A stretch of DNA of 64,000 nucleotides from an uncultured virus (IMG/VR IMGVR_UViG_3300027732_000002) (taxonomy: Duplodnaviria > Heunggongvirae > Uroviricota > Caudoviricetes): IMG/VR virus record IMGVR_UViG_3300027732_000002. One strand, 5' to 3'. Shown piece by piece: positions 18,576-29,954 of the stretch. Within the stretch, counting starts at the first letter, position 1, and every line of letters begins with the position of its first letter. The position numbers were made by a program, and so were the translations under genes. Below the pieces are notes generated by a model. That model was given only the letters and a program-made list of their open reading frames with translations, was not told the DNA's origin and did not search any database.

Positions 18576-21500
18576 TGTGGTATAATGATTACGTGGGTAT
18601 ACCCTTTCTACAAAAAGGGCGCGAAAAGACTGGAGTAGACTGCTGGGGACTAGTACGCCTAGTGTACAAAGAAGAATTTGACATAGATCTACCAAGTTTT
18701 GCTGATGATTATGAATATGAAGATACGGAACGTATTGAACAGCTAACTGCGCAATATAAAGAAGGCTGGGAAGAAACAACCACCCCAAAACCTGGTAGTG
18801 TTATACTATTTAAGGTACTAGGTCACCTAAGTCACATAGGTATCTACATTGGTGGCAACAAGTTTTTACACTGCCTTGAGAATCACAGCAGTGTAATTGA
18901 AAACCTAGAGAGCATCAACTGGAACAAACGTTTTGCTGGATTTTTTAACTATGTTGAAAAGTCTTCGGCAGTTTTAAATGCTGTACCACACCCACTGCGC
19001 ACTGAGCGTTGGACAGTGCCTGTAAGGCCCGGTACAACAATAGAACAGTTATCACACTGGGTGTTAGAAAAGTTTGAAATATCTGGCGAAATATCTTCAC
19101 AAGTAACTATTATTAGAAATGGTGTAGTAGTATCAAAAGATGCGTATAGCACTACTATTATTCTAGATAAGGATACTATTGAGTACAGAGCAGTACCCGG
19201 AAAAAGCCTTATTAGAATAGCACTAATAATTGCTGTTGCTTACATTGCATATGCATCTGGTCAGTATTACCTAGCAGGTGCTGTTGCTCCAGGTGCTGCA
19301 GCTACCGCAGGTCAATTAGGAACCGCAGCTCTTATTTCAGCATCTGTTTCAACTATAGGCAATCTACTAATTGGTTACCTAATGCCAATCAGGCCACCAT
19401 CTCAGCCAAAAGATCCAGGCTCATCCGAGTCACAACTGCTATTAAGTGGTGGAAGCAACCAAGTAAGTAAATATGCAGCTATACCAGTTGTACTAGGTAA
19501 AGTACGTATGACACCACTATTAGGTGGTGAAAACTACGTTGATTCCAATACGGACAACAGTTACTTAAATATGTTGTTAGTATGGGGTTTTGGCCCCCTA
19601 AAACTTGACAAATCAACACTAAGGATTGGTTTAAATCCCTTTAGTCAGTATCAAAATGGTGCGGGTATTCCGATTGAACACTATCACCTAAACGACACTC
19701 AAACAGCAGACGATGCAAACGACATAATTAATTTTAATGCTATTTACGGATCAGATCGACAACAAGTTTATGTTGGTACTACTCTAGTAATGCAGACCAC
19801 TCCTACTAATGTAAATGTAGATGAAGGTGATGGACAAGGTGCTGTAGGTCCTTTTATTGGAGCTTCTTTAGGCCAGTCTAACACAGTACGTATTGACGTT
19901 AACCTACACTTTCCACAAGGCCTACGTCAACTGCGCGTTAAGGGCAAGCATTCCGGCGATATTTATGAACTAGGAGCAAAATTTCAGGTTCAAGTTGCGG
20001 CATTTACTGTAGGCGGAGTAGCTATTGGTGGCTGGGGAAGTGGCACTAACGCAACTATTCCTGCTACAACAGTAATTGCTGATGCTACTTACAATACTGC
20101 AGGTACCGCAAAGTATCGCTGGACTAGAATTGGTATTGGTTCTACAGGTATTCAAGTAAAAGTTGGTCCGCGTTGTGATGCTATTAATTCCGCCTATGGT
20201 ATTGGTGGAAGTTTTGACCTTTCACAGATTTCGATTTACTTAGCTGCTATGAGTGGTAATACTACTACTAATACTAGTGCTGGTGATGCCGGGGTAAGAC
20301 TGCCTGCATGGCCTGCAGACGTTACACCTCTGTACGATATATGTATGTACGGTCCCAACATAGCAGGAAGCACAGACTATGGCACAAGCCTAAGAGATAG
20401 ACGAACAATTACTGGAATGACCGTAACTACCGGGGAAATTGCCTCAGTCAATTATAGTACTGCAAGCTGGGCCAATCCAACTGCCGGAGCAAACACAGGC
20501 GATAAGCTAGTTAATATTGCACAAGGAACTATCTACCGAGCCACAAATGCTATTATTACTTTAGGTACTTCCGCCTCCGGTAAGTTCGTAAAAAGAAAAG
20601 ACGCATTTTCTTATACAGTGTCTATGCCTGTAGCAAAATTGCCTGATGATGGGTTTTACAGAGTAAGAGTTCGTCGTTTAACGGACGATAACGAAGACGA
20701 CAAACCAGATCCAGATAACAAGCTAATGCATGTAATAGTTTTTCAAAGTGCAACCGCAACCGCAACTAATAAACCTATAGTAGAAGGTACTAATTGGAGA
20801 CTTACTAAGTCCGCGATTAGAATTAAAGCAAACGACCAACTCAATAGTCGTATTGAGGGGGTAAATGGTATTGTAACAACTATTTGTAAAGATTGGAATA
20901 GTACTACTAGCAAGTGGGCCATTAATGATCAGGGTAGTAATAACCCTGCTAGTTTATTCTTATATATCCTAGAACACCCTGCAAATGCTTATCGTGTAGA
21001 ACCAGCAGATCTTAATGCAAAGATCAATATGGACGCGCTGGGTGCTTGGTGGACATTTTGTAACTCTAGGGGTTTCACCTTTAATTCTGTAGTAAGTTCA
21101 CAAGTTAGCGTATTAGATATTCTAAAAGATATTGCTGCTGCAGGCCGCGCAAGTCCAGCAATGGTAGACGGTAGATGGACTGTGGTTATTGACACAGACA
21201 AACCAGATATTATTCAGCACTTTACACCACACAATAGTTGGGGATTTGAATCTAGTAAGAGGCTCCCTAGGCAGCCACATGCTCTGCGTGTTTCATACTT
21301 AAATGAACAAGCAGACTACCAAGAAGAAGAGTCAATTATCTACAATCAGGGATACGCTGCTACAGCCTCTGGAACGGACAAAGCAGCAGAAATTTTTGAG
21401 CAGATCAATCTGCCCGGAATAACCAGTGAAAAAAATATCAAAGCACACGCTCGTTGGCACTTGGCTCAAGCTGCCCTACGTCCAGAAATTTACACAATCA

Positions 21501-24500
21501 ACACAGACCTAGAGTACCTAGTATGTAATCGCGGTGACCGAGTAAAAGTAGTACACGACGTACCCCTGTGGGGTATTGGTAGTGGTAGAATTGGTGATAG
21601 AATTGTTACTAGTACTCCTACCAGTATTTCATCTACTCTTATTTCTGGAAGTAGTTATGATGTTACTGCTCAGGTTGTAAATCAAATCTACCCAATCTAT
21701 AATGTAGGCGACACAATAACAGTATCCGGTTCACCAATTGTTGGGTACAACGGTACAAAAACAGTTACTGGCTGTACCGCTACAACTGTTAGGTGGACAG
21801 ATACTTCTGTAACTGGTACGGCTACTATTAGTAACACTGCTACACTGAACACAACTGGTATCACAGTAAATACTGGCACAGATATAGCAACAGCAACTTT
21901 TGTAAACCAAGGGTACATTCCGTTTGCAGTTGGTTCTAGAATTTATATTGCAGGGGCTATTCCCGCTACCTATAATGGTACAAGACTAGTTACTGCTTGC
22001 ACTGCTAGTGAAGTACAGTGGGCAGATGATGTAACAACAATTACTGCTACTACACAAGGAACAGTAAAAGGAACTATTGTTCCTAGTATTGTTGGAACTG
22101 AGTGCAGCGTATTTAAACTAGACGAAGACGTTCCATTAGAGGCTACTAAAGTTTATACTGTTCGTGTAAGGTCCAAAACTGGGGGCAGCTACTTGTGGAA
22201 TGTAGCCGCAGTATCAGTAGACGGATACTACAATACTATTAAAATATCTAGATTGGCTACAGACGGCGTTAGCACCCCTATTGCTGATAAAATTGATGTT
22301 AATGATTTATTCTTATTTGCACTACAAACTTACGAAGCACAAGACTTACTAGTATTAGCTATTGAACCTTTTGGCAATCAAAATGCTAAAATCACACTAG
22401 TAGACTATGCAGAAAAGCTATTTTTAGGCGTTGCTGGTGGTGGTGTTGACTTTACTAATGCATTTAAAACTCCTGCCTATACAAGTAAAATAACTCTACC
22501 GCCCAAGAACCTAGTACAAACCATTATCTATAAACCTATAGTTACTAGTATTATTAGTGACGAAACGGTAATGGAACAGATTTCAGCCGGTAACTTTAAG
22601 ATCAACATAAAGATTGGATTTACTAATCCTCCGCAACTACCAACAGACATTGAGTATGTACAAGCAGAAATTGACGATCTTGGTGATAGCTTAGATAACT
22701 GGCATACTTCAGTTGCGGTACTGGCCAACAAACAAACAATTACTATTACGGGAGTTGATGAGTTAAATACTTACAGAATCCGTTTGCGCTATCAAAGCAA
22801 GGACGGTAGAAACGGTCCTTGGACTACTGCAGCACTATCACCAGTTAGTAGTACTGCTTGGAGTTCTGGCACTTTAACAATCAACACAGTAAGTCGCCAC
22901 AGCTTTAGCGTTGGTGCACAAGTATACTTATACAATGCTCAGGGTACTAGCTTAAATAACATTTATACTGTGGATGCAATACCCAGTAAAACAAGTTTAA
23001 GTTGCGCTATTACTAAACCTACTATCTCAATTACTACTGCTGCAACAACCGCTAGAGCTGGTTACGCTACAGCGGCTTATACAGATAGAAATTATACACC
23101 TTACATAGTTGGTTCACAAATTATAGTAGCCGGAGCAGTTCCTGCTACTTATAATGGTGTGTCTAATGTTACAGCTTGTGATTCCGCCGGAGTAAGCTGG
23201 TCTACTGGTAATCTGCTAACTTATACTGAGAACATGACAACATGGTCTCAGGCTGTTGATGCGGATACTACTGTAACATACGAAACAGCCGTAGCAAACT
23301 CACAGGGCGTTAATGGTGTTTCAAAGATACAACTAGCTACTACCGCCAGCGCTCAAAGACAAATCTCTCAAGCATCTACTTTACTAGCAGCTAATACTGT
23401 AATTACTATAAGCGTAGACGCCAAAGCAGCAGAACTCTCTACACTAAGATTATACCTAGGTACAAAAATACCAGACTACCCCTCTGTTACTTTTGATTTA
23501 GCTACAGGTACAATAAGTACTGTTACTAACGCAGCAGGTACTTCTGTGCTAAATTATGGCATGATAAATCTTAGCACCGGATGGTATCGTTGCTGGCTAT
23601 CTGCTAGTGTTGGCTCAGGAGCAGGTACACCTGCTATAATTATTCAAATACCTAATACTGCAGGAACTGTTGGTCAAGGTTTTTATGTGTCTAGAGCACA
23701 AATGAATCTTGGTGAGTACCCAGGCCAGTACATTCCAGTTTTAGCTGCTACAGCTAACGTACTACCTATCACAGCAACAACTCAGGGTACCATAACACCT
23801 TGTGTTATTACAACCTCAATTACACAAACTGGCGGCGTAGCAACTGCTACATTTGACGCCCAAAAGCACTTATCACTCGCACCCGGAAGCAGTATTACTA
23901 TTTCTGGAGCTACACCTGCTGGATTTAATGGTACTTTTGTTATTACTAGTTCTACAGCAACTACTATAACTTGGGCGTCTGCAATAACAGGACCCGCAAC
24001 TAGACAAGGTACAATAGTTCGTACAACTGGAGTAGGTAGTTGGGTTACCTCCACAGCCAACCAAGCCAATCAAGATCTAGTAACAGGTCAGGGACTGGTT
24101 TCTGCCTATAATAATCTTGAAAATGCGTTTATACCAGACAAATTAATACACCAAGTAATAGGTAAAACATCTCCGCCAAGCACAGTAACAAATTTTACAG
24201 CAGTGCCCCTGTACGGCCAAGGCATATTAAGCCTTAACTGGACAGCCAACTCAGAAATTGACGTACAGTACTACGAAGTACGTACTGATACACTCTGGGG
24301 CTCAGAAACAAATCGTGTGTTTTATGGTGCTGGTGTTTCCTGTACTGCGGTACCTGCAGCACTTGGTGTAGCAAAAACATACTACATAAAAGCAATTGAT
24401 TACTCACTTAACTACGGCTTAACTTCCGCTACTTTTACATATACAGTAGTAGTTCCACCTACTATTACTGCTAGTCCTATAGCCACTTTCTTATATAACA

Positions 24501-27500
24501 CCACATCCTTATCAGATACTAATGTTATATTTAATTGGGCAATGCCTGCTAGCAGTAATTTCTTAATTGACCGTTATGAACTAACACTAGTCAAACCCGG
24601 TGTTGATACTTTAGTACAAGAAGTTACGGGTACAACTTGGACTACACCAGCTAACTGGGTAGGTGTTGCAACTCTAACTATTAAAACTATTGACATTCTT
24701 GGTAATAAGTCTGTTGCTTCCGCAAGCTTAGCAGTTACTAAAAATTTACCAGCATCTGTTTCAGGAGCTAGTATTACTACAACTCCTGTAGGTACTGGTC
24801 TAGCAATATACTGGGCAGAAGTAGCTCCACTATCAACTGGTATGGCTGTTGCGGGATACGAAATTCGTACGACCGACAGCAACTGGGGCACTGCTCTAGG
24901 AACCATGCTTTACTCCGGGTCTGCAAATAGTACTACTGTTGATATTAAGGGCACTACATCAGGAACCACACTAACTTACTACATTAAAGCATACGATGCT
25001 GATAACAGATACAGCAGTGCGGCTACTAGTTTTACTTACCTAGTGGCAGCACCTGTAGATACAAGCTGGAGTAACGTTCCTTTCGTTTTTGGTGAAAACA
25101 GCCTAACCGCTGCTACTATCACACTAACATGGAATCCTGCTAGTCCTGTGTTTGGACTGTACGGTTATGAACTTTCTTATACTACTACTGGTGGGGTATT
25201 AACAACCAGAATCTTAAATACTACAAGTATTGTTCTAAATGCTAGTACTGTTTGGAATGTTGTTGGAACTGGAACTGTTACATTTACTGTTAAAGTAATT
25301 GATAACCTAAACGTTAACAACAAATCTGTTGGTGCTACTATAGCACAAACAACAGTAACAAAATCTGCTCCAAGTCCAGTTAGTAACTATACCTCAAAAG
25401 TAATTGATAATAACGTGTTGTTATCCTGGACTCCTCCAGCAAAAACATCACTACCTATTGATCACATTACTGTATATAAGGGTGACACCTACGCAACGGC
25501 TGCAAATATCGGCGACAAAACTGGTACTTTCACTACTGTGTTTGAACAAACTGGTGGTACTTTTACTTACTGGGTAGTTGTCGTAGATACTGATAATCAG
25601 GTAAGCACACCTGTTAGCTTAACAGCCTTAGTAGCTTCTCCGCCAGACTATGTCTTCAATGCCGCATACAGTTCAATATTTGCTAATGTAAGTACTACAG
25701 TAACTAACACTACAAACCTTTCTGCGAATGTAACAGTTGGTTCTACGGAAGGCATGTACGCAGGCATGCAAATAATCTTAAGTGGAACCGCTTTTGGTGG
25801 ACTTACTGCTGGTTATTGGTATGTTGTTTCTATACTAGACAGCACAACAATTAATATTAGTAGCAGTTCGGCACTAACGCCTATATTTACAGGTACTAGT
25901 ACTGCTTCTGGTACTATGACCCTAACAGATGCTACTGGTGCTGAAGGTATTAATAGTAATACACTATATGATAACCAGGGTATAGTAATGCCAGTAGATA
26001 CTACTGCAACATTTACTAAACACTTTGATAGTGGTACAGGTAGAACATGGACAGGACCAAGTGATCAGAACGTTTACTTTCCTATCTTTATTCAACCAGG
26101 TAAATCTTCAGGATACTATGAAGAAGTGTACAACTACACCAAGCCTCTAGCAAGTAGTCAAATTACTATGAGCTATACAGGTACTGCTTTTAATGCTCCT
26201 GCAATAACTCCTATGATTGGTACAGCTGCTTCAGTTGCAGGTACAACACTTGCAGGCGGAACAGGAAGTGCAGTAACAGTTACAAATGCAGCAAATAGTA
26301 CTACATTAACTAGTTCAGAAGCTAGTGTTGGTTTAGTAATAGGTAACTTTATTACTGTGCCTGCGGGTACAGGTCAAACGGTACGAGTTATTTCTGTGGT
26401 TGGTAATTTAGTAACTGTTACTCCAGCTATTGTTGCTGCTAACACTACTGCTTCTTGGAGTTATGCAGGAGCATTTACTAACTATACTGGTACAACCGCA
26501 CTAGGAACAGCGTTTCAATATGTAAAAGCTAAAATCCATGTGGCCCAGGCCACTAGAAGTGCCGGAGCTGGAACAGGTATTAGTGCTCCAGGCGCTGTAG
26601 GACCTTCACTAGATTTAAACTTTGTGTCCAGCGATACACTAGATCCTAGAATTACATTTACTCGTAATTCAATTGGTACACACTTTGATTCAACTGGTAT
26701 TATGAGGGCAGTTACTGCTAATGTACCACGTTTTGATTATGATCCTGTTACTTTAGCTCCCAAAGGCTTGTTGATTGAGGAAGCTAGAACAAATCTAGTA
26801 TTTCAATCAGCAGCTATCGGTGTTACAAGTTGGTCAGCTATAGGTATAACTGCGACTGCTAATAGTATAGTCGCTCCAGACGGCACTTTAAACGGTACAA
26901 AGTTAGTATCTATAGCTGCAGATAGTGTTGCTGGTGCTACAAATATGACAGCTACAGCTACAACAACATATACTGCCTCTGTATACCTTAAAGCCGATGT
27001 AGCAACAACCGTTAGTATATTTATAGTAGATGCTACTGGCGGATCGGGTAATACACAAACTGTATGTAATGTTACAACAAGCTGGCAACGATTTACAGTA
27101 ACTCGTACTACTAGTGCTCTAACTACTGCTATTAATATGCAAATAGGTGGAGCAAATACATTTAGTACTGGTGAAACTGTTTATGCTTGGGGTGCTCAGG
27201 TAGAATTAGGTGCCTTCGCAACAAGTTATATTCCTACTGTTGCGACAACAGTACTTCGTGCCGCTGAGCTTGCCGTAATGACAGGAACTAACTTTAGTAG
27301 TTGGTATAATGCAACAGAAGGTACTTTTGCAGTACAATCTGGATATACTTTAAATGCCGCTAATGGTCCTAGCGGAGATTACTACTTTTCAGCTTCTGAT
27401 AATACTACTGCTAATTTTATATTATTAGCAGATGTTACAGGTACTAAAGGTCAAGTAACAGCTACTAGTACAAATACCTATAATTCAACAGTAGGTACTA

Positions 27501-28453
27501 GAGCTACTAGCACAACAACTAAAGTACATACCTTAGCGTATAAATTAAATGACACAAATCAATCTTCAGGCGGTACAACTGGAACTACGGATATAACAGT
27601 AACTATTCCAACAGTAAGTAGATTAAATATTGGTATTAATTATACGGGCTCTACAGGATACTTAAATGCTTATATTCAAAGGCTTACTTATTTTCCACGT
27701 AGAGTTATAGATGCAGATTTAACGCTACTAAGCAACACAGGTCAAGTTACTGTAACCGGAGTTGGTAGTGCCTTTACTAAGACATTTAAGGCTGGTGATA
27801 CAATTACTATTCCTAATACTGCTGTAGGTGTAGACTATAACGTCACAAGCGTTACTAGTGATACCCTACTAGGTGTTATGGTTCCAGTTGGTTTAACAAT
27901 GCCAGTTCATAGCGCAGGAACTAGTTATGCTTTCAAAGGTACTGACCTTTATAAGCTACAATCTCTAGGGGTTAAGCTAGACGCTAAGCAAAAATCAGAA
28001 AGTGGTATGGTTGTAGTAACATCTACAGATAGTGGTGGATCTATAGTTAACTTTAGTAGTACATTTATTGATGTTGCTAGTATTAATTTAGCTTCACAAG
28101 GTACTACAGCAGTTACTTGTGTCTATAACTTTTTGGATACTAATCCTACTGGAACGTATACAGTAAGTGGTACAACCACTTGCACTGTTAATATTACAGC
28201 ACATGGTTTAGTAAGCAATACAATTAATCAGTTAGCGTACTTAACTTTCACTAGTGGTACAGCCCCTAGTGGCAGATACCCAGTAACATATGTAAATGCT
28301 AATCAGTTTACTATTACACTACCAGCAGCACTAACAACAAGTGGTTCAGTTAGTATGTACCCTAATAGCATGACAGTATACGCATTTAACGATGCTGGTA
28401 CAAGAATAAGTATCCCTAGCCCTGGCGTTAGTTGGACAGTTCGTGGATTTTAA
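18575..28453 (+). CDS. Giant tail tip/central fibre: NlpC/P60 + gpI-like + gpJ-like hub + FN3 and carbohydrate-binding-like modules
   Basis: GVDCWGLV..HIGIY (NlpC/P60), IPVVLGK, NNPASLF, FN3-like repeats and PRFDYDP..GLLIEEARTN; 3292 aa, very Thr-rich. Confidence 0.85.
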   Translation: MWYNDYVGIPFLQKGREKTGVDCWGLVRLVYKEEFDIDLPSFADDYEYEDTERIEQLTAQYKEGWEETTTPKPGSVILFKVLGHLSHIGIYIGGNKFLHCLENHSSVIENLESINWNKRFAGFFNYVEKSSAVLNAVPHPLRTERWTVPVRPGTTIEQLSHWVLEKFEISGEISSQVTIIRNGVVVSKDAYSTTIILDKDTIEYRAVPGKSLIRIALIIAVAYIAYASGQYYLAGAVAPGAAATAGQLGTAALISASVSTIGNLLIGYLMPIRPPSQPKDPGSSESQLLLSGGSNQVSKYAAIPVVLGKVRMTPLLGGENYVDSNTDNSYLNMLLVWGFGPLKLDKSTLRIGLNPFSQYQNGAGIPIEHYHLNDTQTADDANDIINFNAIYGSDRQQVYVGTTLVMQTTPTNVNVDEGDGQGAVGPFIGASLGQSNTVRIDVNLHFPQGLRQLRVKGKHSGDIYELGAKFQVQVAAFTVGGVAIGGWGSGTNATIPATTVIADATYNTAGTAKYRWTRIGIGSTGIQVKVGPRCDAINSAYGIGGSFDLSQISIYLAAMSGNTTTNTSAGDAGVRLPAWPADVTPLYDICMYGPNIAGSTDYGTSLRDRRTITGMTVTTGEIASVNYSTASWANPTAGANTGDKLVNIAQGTIYRATNAIITLGTSASGKFVKRKDAFSYTVSMPVAKLPDDGFYRVRVRRLTDDNEDDKPDPDNKLMHVIVFQSATATATNKPIVEGTNWRLTKSAIRIKANDQLNSRIEGVNGIVTTICKDWNSTTSKWAINDQGSNNPASLFLYILEHPANAYRVEPADLNAKINMDALGAWWTFCNSRGFTFNSVVSSQVSVLDILKDIAAAGRASPAMVDGRWTVVIDTDKPDIIQHFTPHNSWGFESSKRLPRQPHALRVSYLNEQADYQEEESIIYNQGYAATASGTDKAAEIFEQINLPGITSEKNIKAHARWHLAQAALRPEIYTINTDLEYLVCNRGDRVKVVHDVPLWGIGSGRIGDRIVTSTPTSISSTLISGSSYDVTAQVVNQIYPIYNVGDTITVSGSPIVGYNGTKTVTGCTATTVRWTDTSVTGTATISNTATLNTTGITVNTGTDIATATFVNQGYIPFAVGSRIYIAGAIPATYNGTRLVTACTASEVQWADDVTTITATTQGTVKGTIVPSIVGTECSVFKLDEDVPLEATKVYTVRVRSKTGGSYLWNVAAVSVDGYYNTIKISRLATDGVSTPIADKIDVNDLFLFALQTYEAQDLLVLAIEPFGNQNAKITLVDYAEKLFLGVAGGGVDFTNAFKTPAYTSKITLPPKNLVQTIIYKPIVTSIISDETVMEQISAGNFKINIKIGFTNPPQLPTDIEYVQAEIDDLGDSLDNWHTSVAVLANKQTITITGVDELNTYRIRLRYQSKDGRNGPWTTAALSPVSSTAWSSGTLTINTVSRHSFSVGAQVYLYNAQGTSLNNIYTVDAIPSKTSLSCAITKPTISITTAATTARAGYATAAYTDRNYTPYIVGSQIIVAGAVPATYNGVSNVTACDSAGVSWSTGNLLTYTENMTTWSQAVDADTTVTYETAVANSQGVNGVSKIQLATTASAQRQISQASTLLAANTVITISVDAKAAELSTLRLYLGTKIPDYPSVTFDLATGTISTVTNAAGTSVLNYGMINLSTGWYRCWLSASVGSGAGTPAIIIQIPNTAGTVGQGFYVSRAQMNLGEYPGQYIPVLAATANVLPITATTQGTITPCVITTSITQTGGVATATFDAQKHLSLAPGSSITISGATPAGFNGTFVITSSTATTITWASAITGPATRQGTIVRTTGVGSWVTSTANQANQDLVTGQGLVSAYNNLENAFIPDKLIHQVIGKTSPPSTVTNFTAVPLYGQGILSLNWTANSEIDVQYYEVRTDTLWGSETNRVFYGAGVSCTAVPAALGVAKTYYIKAIDYSLNYGLTSATFTYTVVVPPTITASPIATFLYNTTSLSDTNVIFNWAMPASSNFLIDRYELTLVKPGVDTLVQEVTGTTWTTPANWVGVATLTIKTIDILGNKSVASASLAVTKNLPASVSGASITTTPVGTGLAIYWAEVAPLSTGMAVAGYEIRTTDSNWGTALGTMLYSGSANSTTVDIKGTTSGTTLTYYIKAYDADNRYSSAATSFTYLVAAPVDTSWSNVPFVFGENSLTAATITLTWNPASPVFGLYGYELSYTTTGGVLTTRILNTTSIVLNASTVWNVVGTGTVTFTVKVIDNLNVNNKSVGATIAQTTVTKSAPSPVSNYTSKVIDNNVLLSWTPPAKTSLPIDHITVYKGDTYATAANIGDKTGTFTTVFEQTGGTFTYWVVVVDTDNQVSTPVSLTALVASPPDYVFNAAYSSIFANVSTTVTNTTNLSANVTVGSTEGMYAGMQIILSGTAFGGLTAGYWYVVSILDSTTINISSSSALTPIFTGTSTASGTMTLTDATGAEGINSNTLYDNQGIVMPVDTTATFTKHFDSGTGRTWTGPSDQNVYFPIFIQPGKSSGYYEEVYNYTKPLASSQITMSYTGTAFNAPAITPMIGTAASVAGTTLAGGTGSAVTVTNAANSTTLTSSEASVGLVIGNFITVPAGTGQTVRVISVVGNLVTVTPAIVAANTTASWSYAGAFTNYTGTTALGTAFQYVKAKIHVAQATRSAGAGTGISAPGAVGPSLDLNFVSSDTLDPRITFTRNSIGTHFDSTGIMRAVTANVPRFDYDPVTLAPKGLLIEEARTNLVFQSAAIGVTSWSAIGITATANSIVAPDGTLNGTKLVSIAADSVAGATNMTATATTTYTASVYLKADVATTVSIFIVDATGGSGNTQTVCNVTTSWQRFTVTRTTSALTTAINMQIGGANTFSTGETVYAWGAQVELGAFATSYIPTVATTVLRAAELAVMTGTNFSSWYNATEGTFAVQSGYTLNAANGPSGDYYFSASDNTTANFILLADVTGTKGQVTATSTNTYNSTVGTRATSTTTKVHTLAYKLNDTNQSSGGTTGTTDITVTIPTVSRLNIGINYTGSTGYLNAYIQRLTYFPRRVIDADLTLLSNTGQVTVTGVGSAFTKTFKAGDTITIPNTAVGVDYNVTSVTSDTLLGVMVPVGLTMPVHSAGTSYAFKGTDLYKLQSLGVKLDAKQKSESGMVVVTSTDSGGSIVNFSSTFIDVASINLASQGTTAVTCVYNFLDTNPTGTYTVSGTTTCTVNITAHGLVSNTINQLAYLTFTSGTAPSGRYPVTYVNANQFTITLPAALTTSGSVSMYPNSMTVYAFNDAGTRISIPSPGVSWTVRGF

Positions 28454-28469
28454 TTAAGGATAATATAAA

Positions 28470-29954
28470 ATGGCAAATCACTTAGTGCCGGCAATTACAG
28501 ATACGTATACAGTTTATACTAGTAATTTAATGGCTAGAGTAGACGATGCGGTAAAGATGAACAGTTCAACTCTTACCACTGCAACCAATCTTCCAACGGG
28601 CTCTGTCCGTTGGAATCCTACTAATCTGTACTGGGAGCGAAACACAGGAACAGCAGGAACGCCCGTATGGGCGGTTCATGCTGCGTCCTACTCAATAGCT
28701 ATCAACGGTACTGTGGGCGCAACCTCTGCTAATACTGGAGCTTTTACCACTCTAAGTGCCTCAACCACTGTGAGTGGTACTGGTTTTTCAACCTATCTAG
28801 CAAGTTCTCCTGCTATTGGCGGTACTGCTGCCTGTCCTGCAGGTACTTTTACAGCACTAACTGTTAATACTACTTGTACCCTACCAGCCGCCGCTACACT
28901 AGCTGTTGGGGGTACAATTGTAGGAACCACAGCAACACAAACTCTTACAAACAAAACACTAACAAGTCCAGTTATTGGTACCATTGTTAATACTGGTACC
29001 CTAACACTACCAACTGCAACAACTACCCTAGTAGGTACTAACACAACCGATACCTTAAGTAACAAAACCCTAACAGCCCCTAGATTTGTTACTGCTGGAC
29101 GTATTGATGATGAAAACGGTAATGAACAGATCGGGTTCACTACTACAGCTTCCGCAGTAAACTTTGTAAATTTTACAAATGCGGCAACTGGTCTAGCTCC
29201 TTCAATTGGAGCAGCTGGTGAAGCTAATACTTCACTAAATCTAACTTCCGTGGGTACGGGTACTGTGCAGGCTAATGGTATTACACTAGCAGACCTAAGT
29301 AGCACACAAACCCTAACAAACAAAACTATTAACACCAGCGCATTTAATGGTACTATTGGAGCCACAACTCCTAGTACTATTACTTGCACAACCCTAACGG
29401 TTAATACCAGCGTATCAGGATCTGGTTTTAGTACGCTATTTGCTTCTCCAGGAGCTATTGGAAACACTACTGCTTCATCGGGTGCTTTTACAACTCTAAG
29501 CGCTTCAACTTCAGTTGTTTGGCCGGGTGGTGGATCTGCAGGTGTTACATCCGCAGGAGACGTTTACACTCGTCGTGCAGCAGCACCTACTACTGGTGTT
29601 TATTACTTTGTTGATGCCACTCATTATCTATTCTGGAACGCTACTAACTTTGCACTAACTGACTCCCTAGTAGTAACAGGCAACGTTACTGCTTACTCAG
29701 ATCGTCGCCTAAAGAAAGACTTTGAGATAATTCCAGATGCCTTAGCGAAAGTTAATGCCCTAACCGGATATAATTTTACTCGACTAGATTCAGGCGAGCG
29801 CCACACCGGACTAATAGCTCAAGATGTACAAGCCGTACTACCAGAAGCTGTAATTGAGAACGACGGCCACTTAGCACTAGCTTATGGTAACTTGGTAGGT
29901 CTACTGGTAGAAGCAATCAAAGAACTAAAACGCGAAGTTGATAGGTTAAAATAA
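28470..29954 (+). CDS. Tail fibre with C-terminal intramolecular chaperone (peptidase S74)
   Basis: YSDRRLKK..GLIAQDVQAVLPEAV..YGNLVGLLVEAIKEL; TQTLTNKT and GAFTTLSAS fibre repeats. Confidence 0.88.
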   Translation: MANHLVPAITDTYTVYTSNLMARVDDAVKMNSSTLTTATNLPTGSVRWNPTNLYWERNTGTAGTPVWAVHAASYSIAINGTVGATSANTGAFTTLSASTTVSGTGFSTYLASSPAIGGTAACPAGTFTALTVNTTCTLPAAATLAVGGTIVGTTATQTLTNKTLTSPVIGTIVNTGTLTLPTATTTLVGTNTTDTLSNKTLTAPRFVTAGRIDDENGNEQIGFTTTASAVNFVNFTNAATGLAPSIGAAGEANTSLNLTSVGTGTVQANGITLADLSSTQTLTNKTINTSAFNGTIGATTPSTITCTTLTVNTSVSGSGFSTLFASPGAIGNTTASSGAFTTLSASTSVVWPGGGSAGVTSAGDVYTRRAAAPTTGVYYFVDATHYLFWNATNFALTDSLVVTGNVTAYSDRRLKKDFEIIPDALAKVNALTGYNFTRLDSGERHTGLIAQDVQAVLPEAVIENDGHLALAYGNLVGLLVEAIKELKREVDRLK

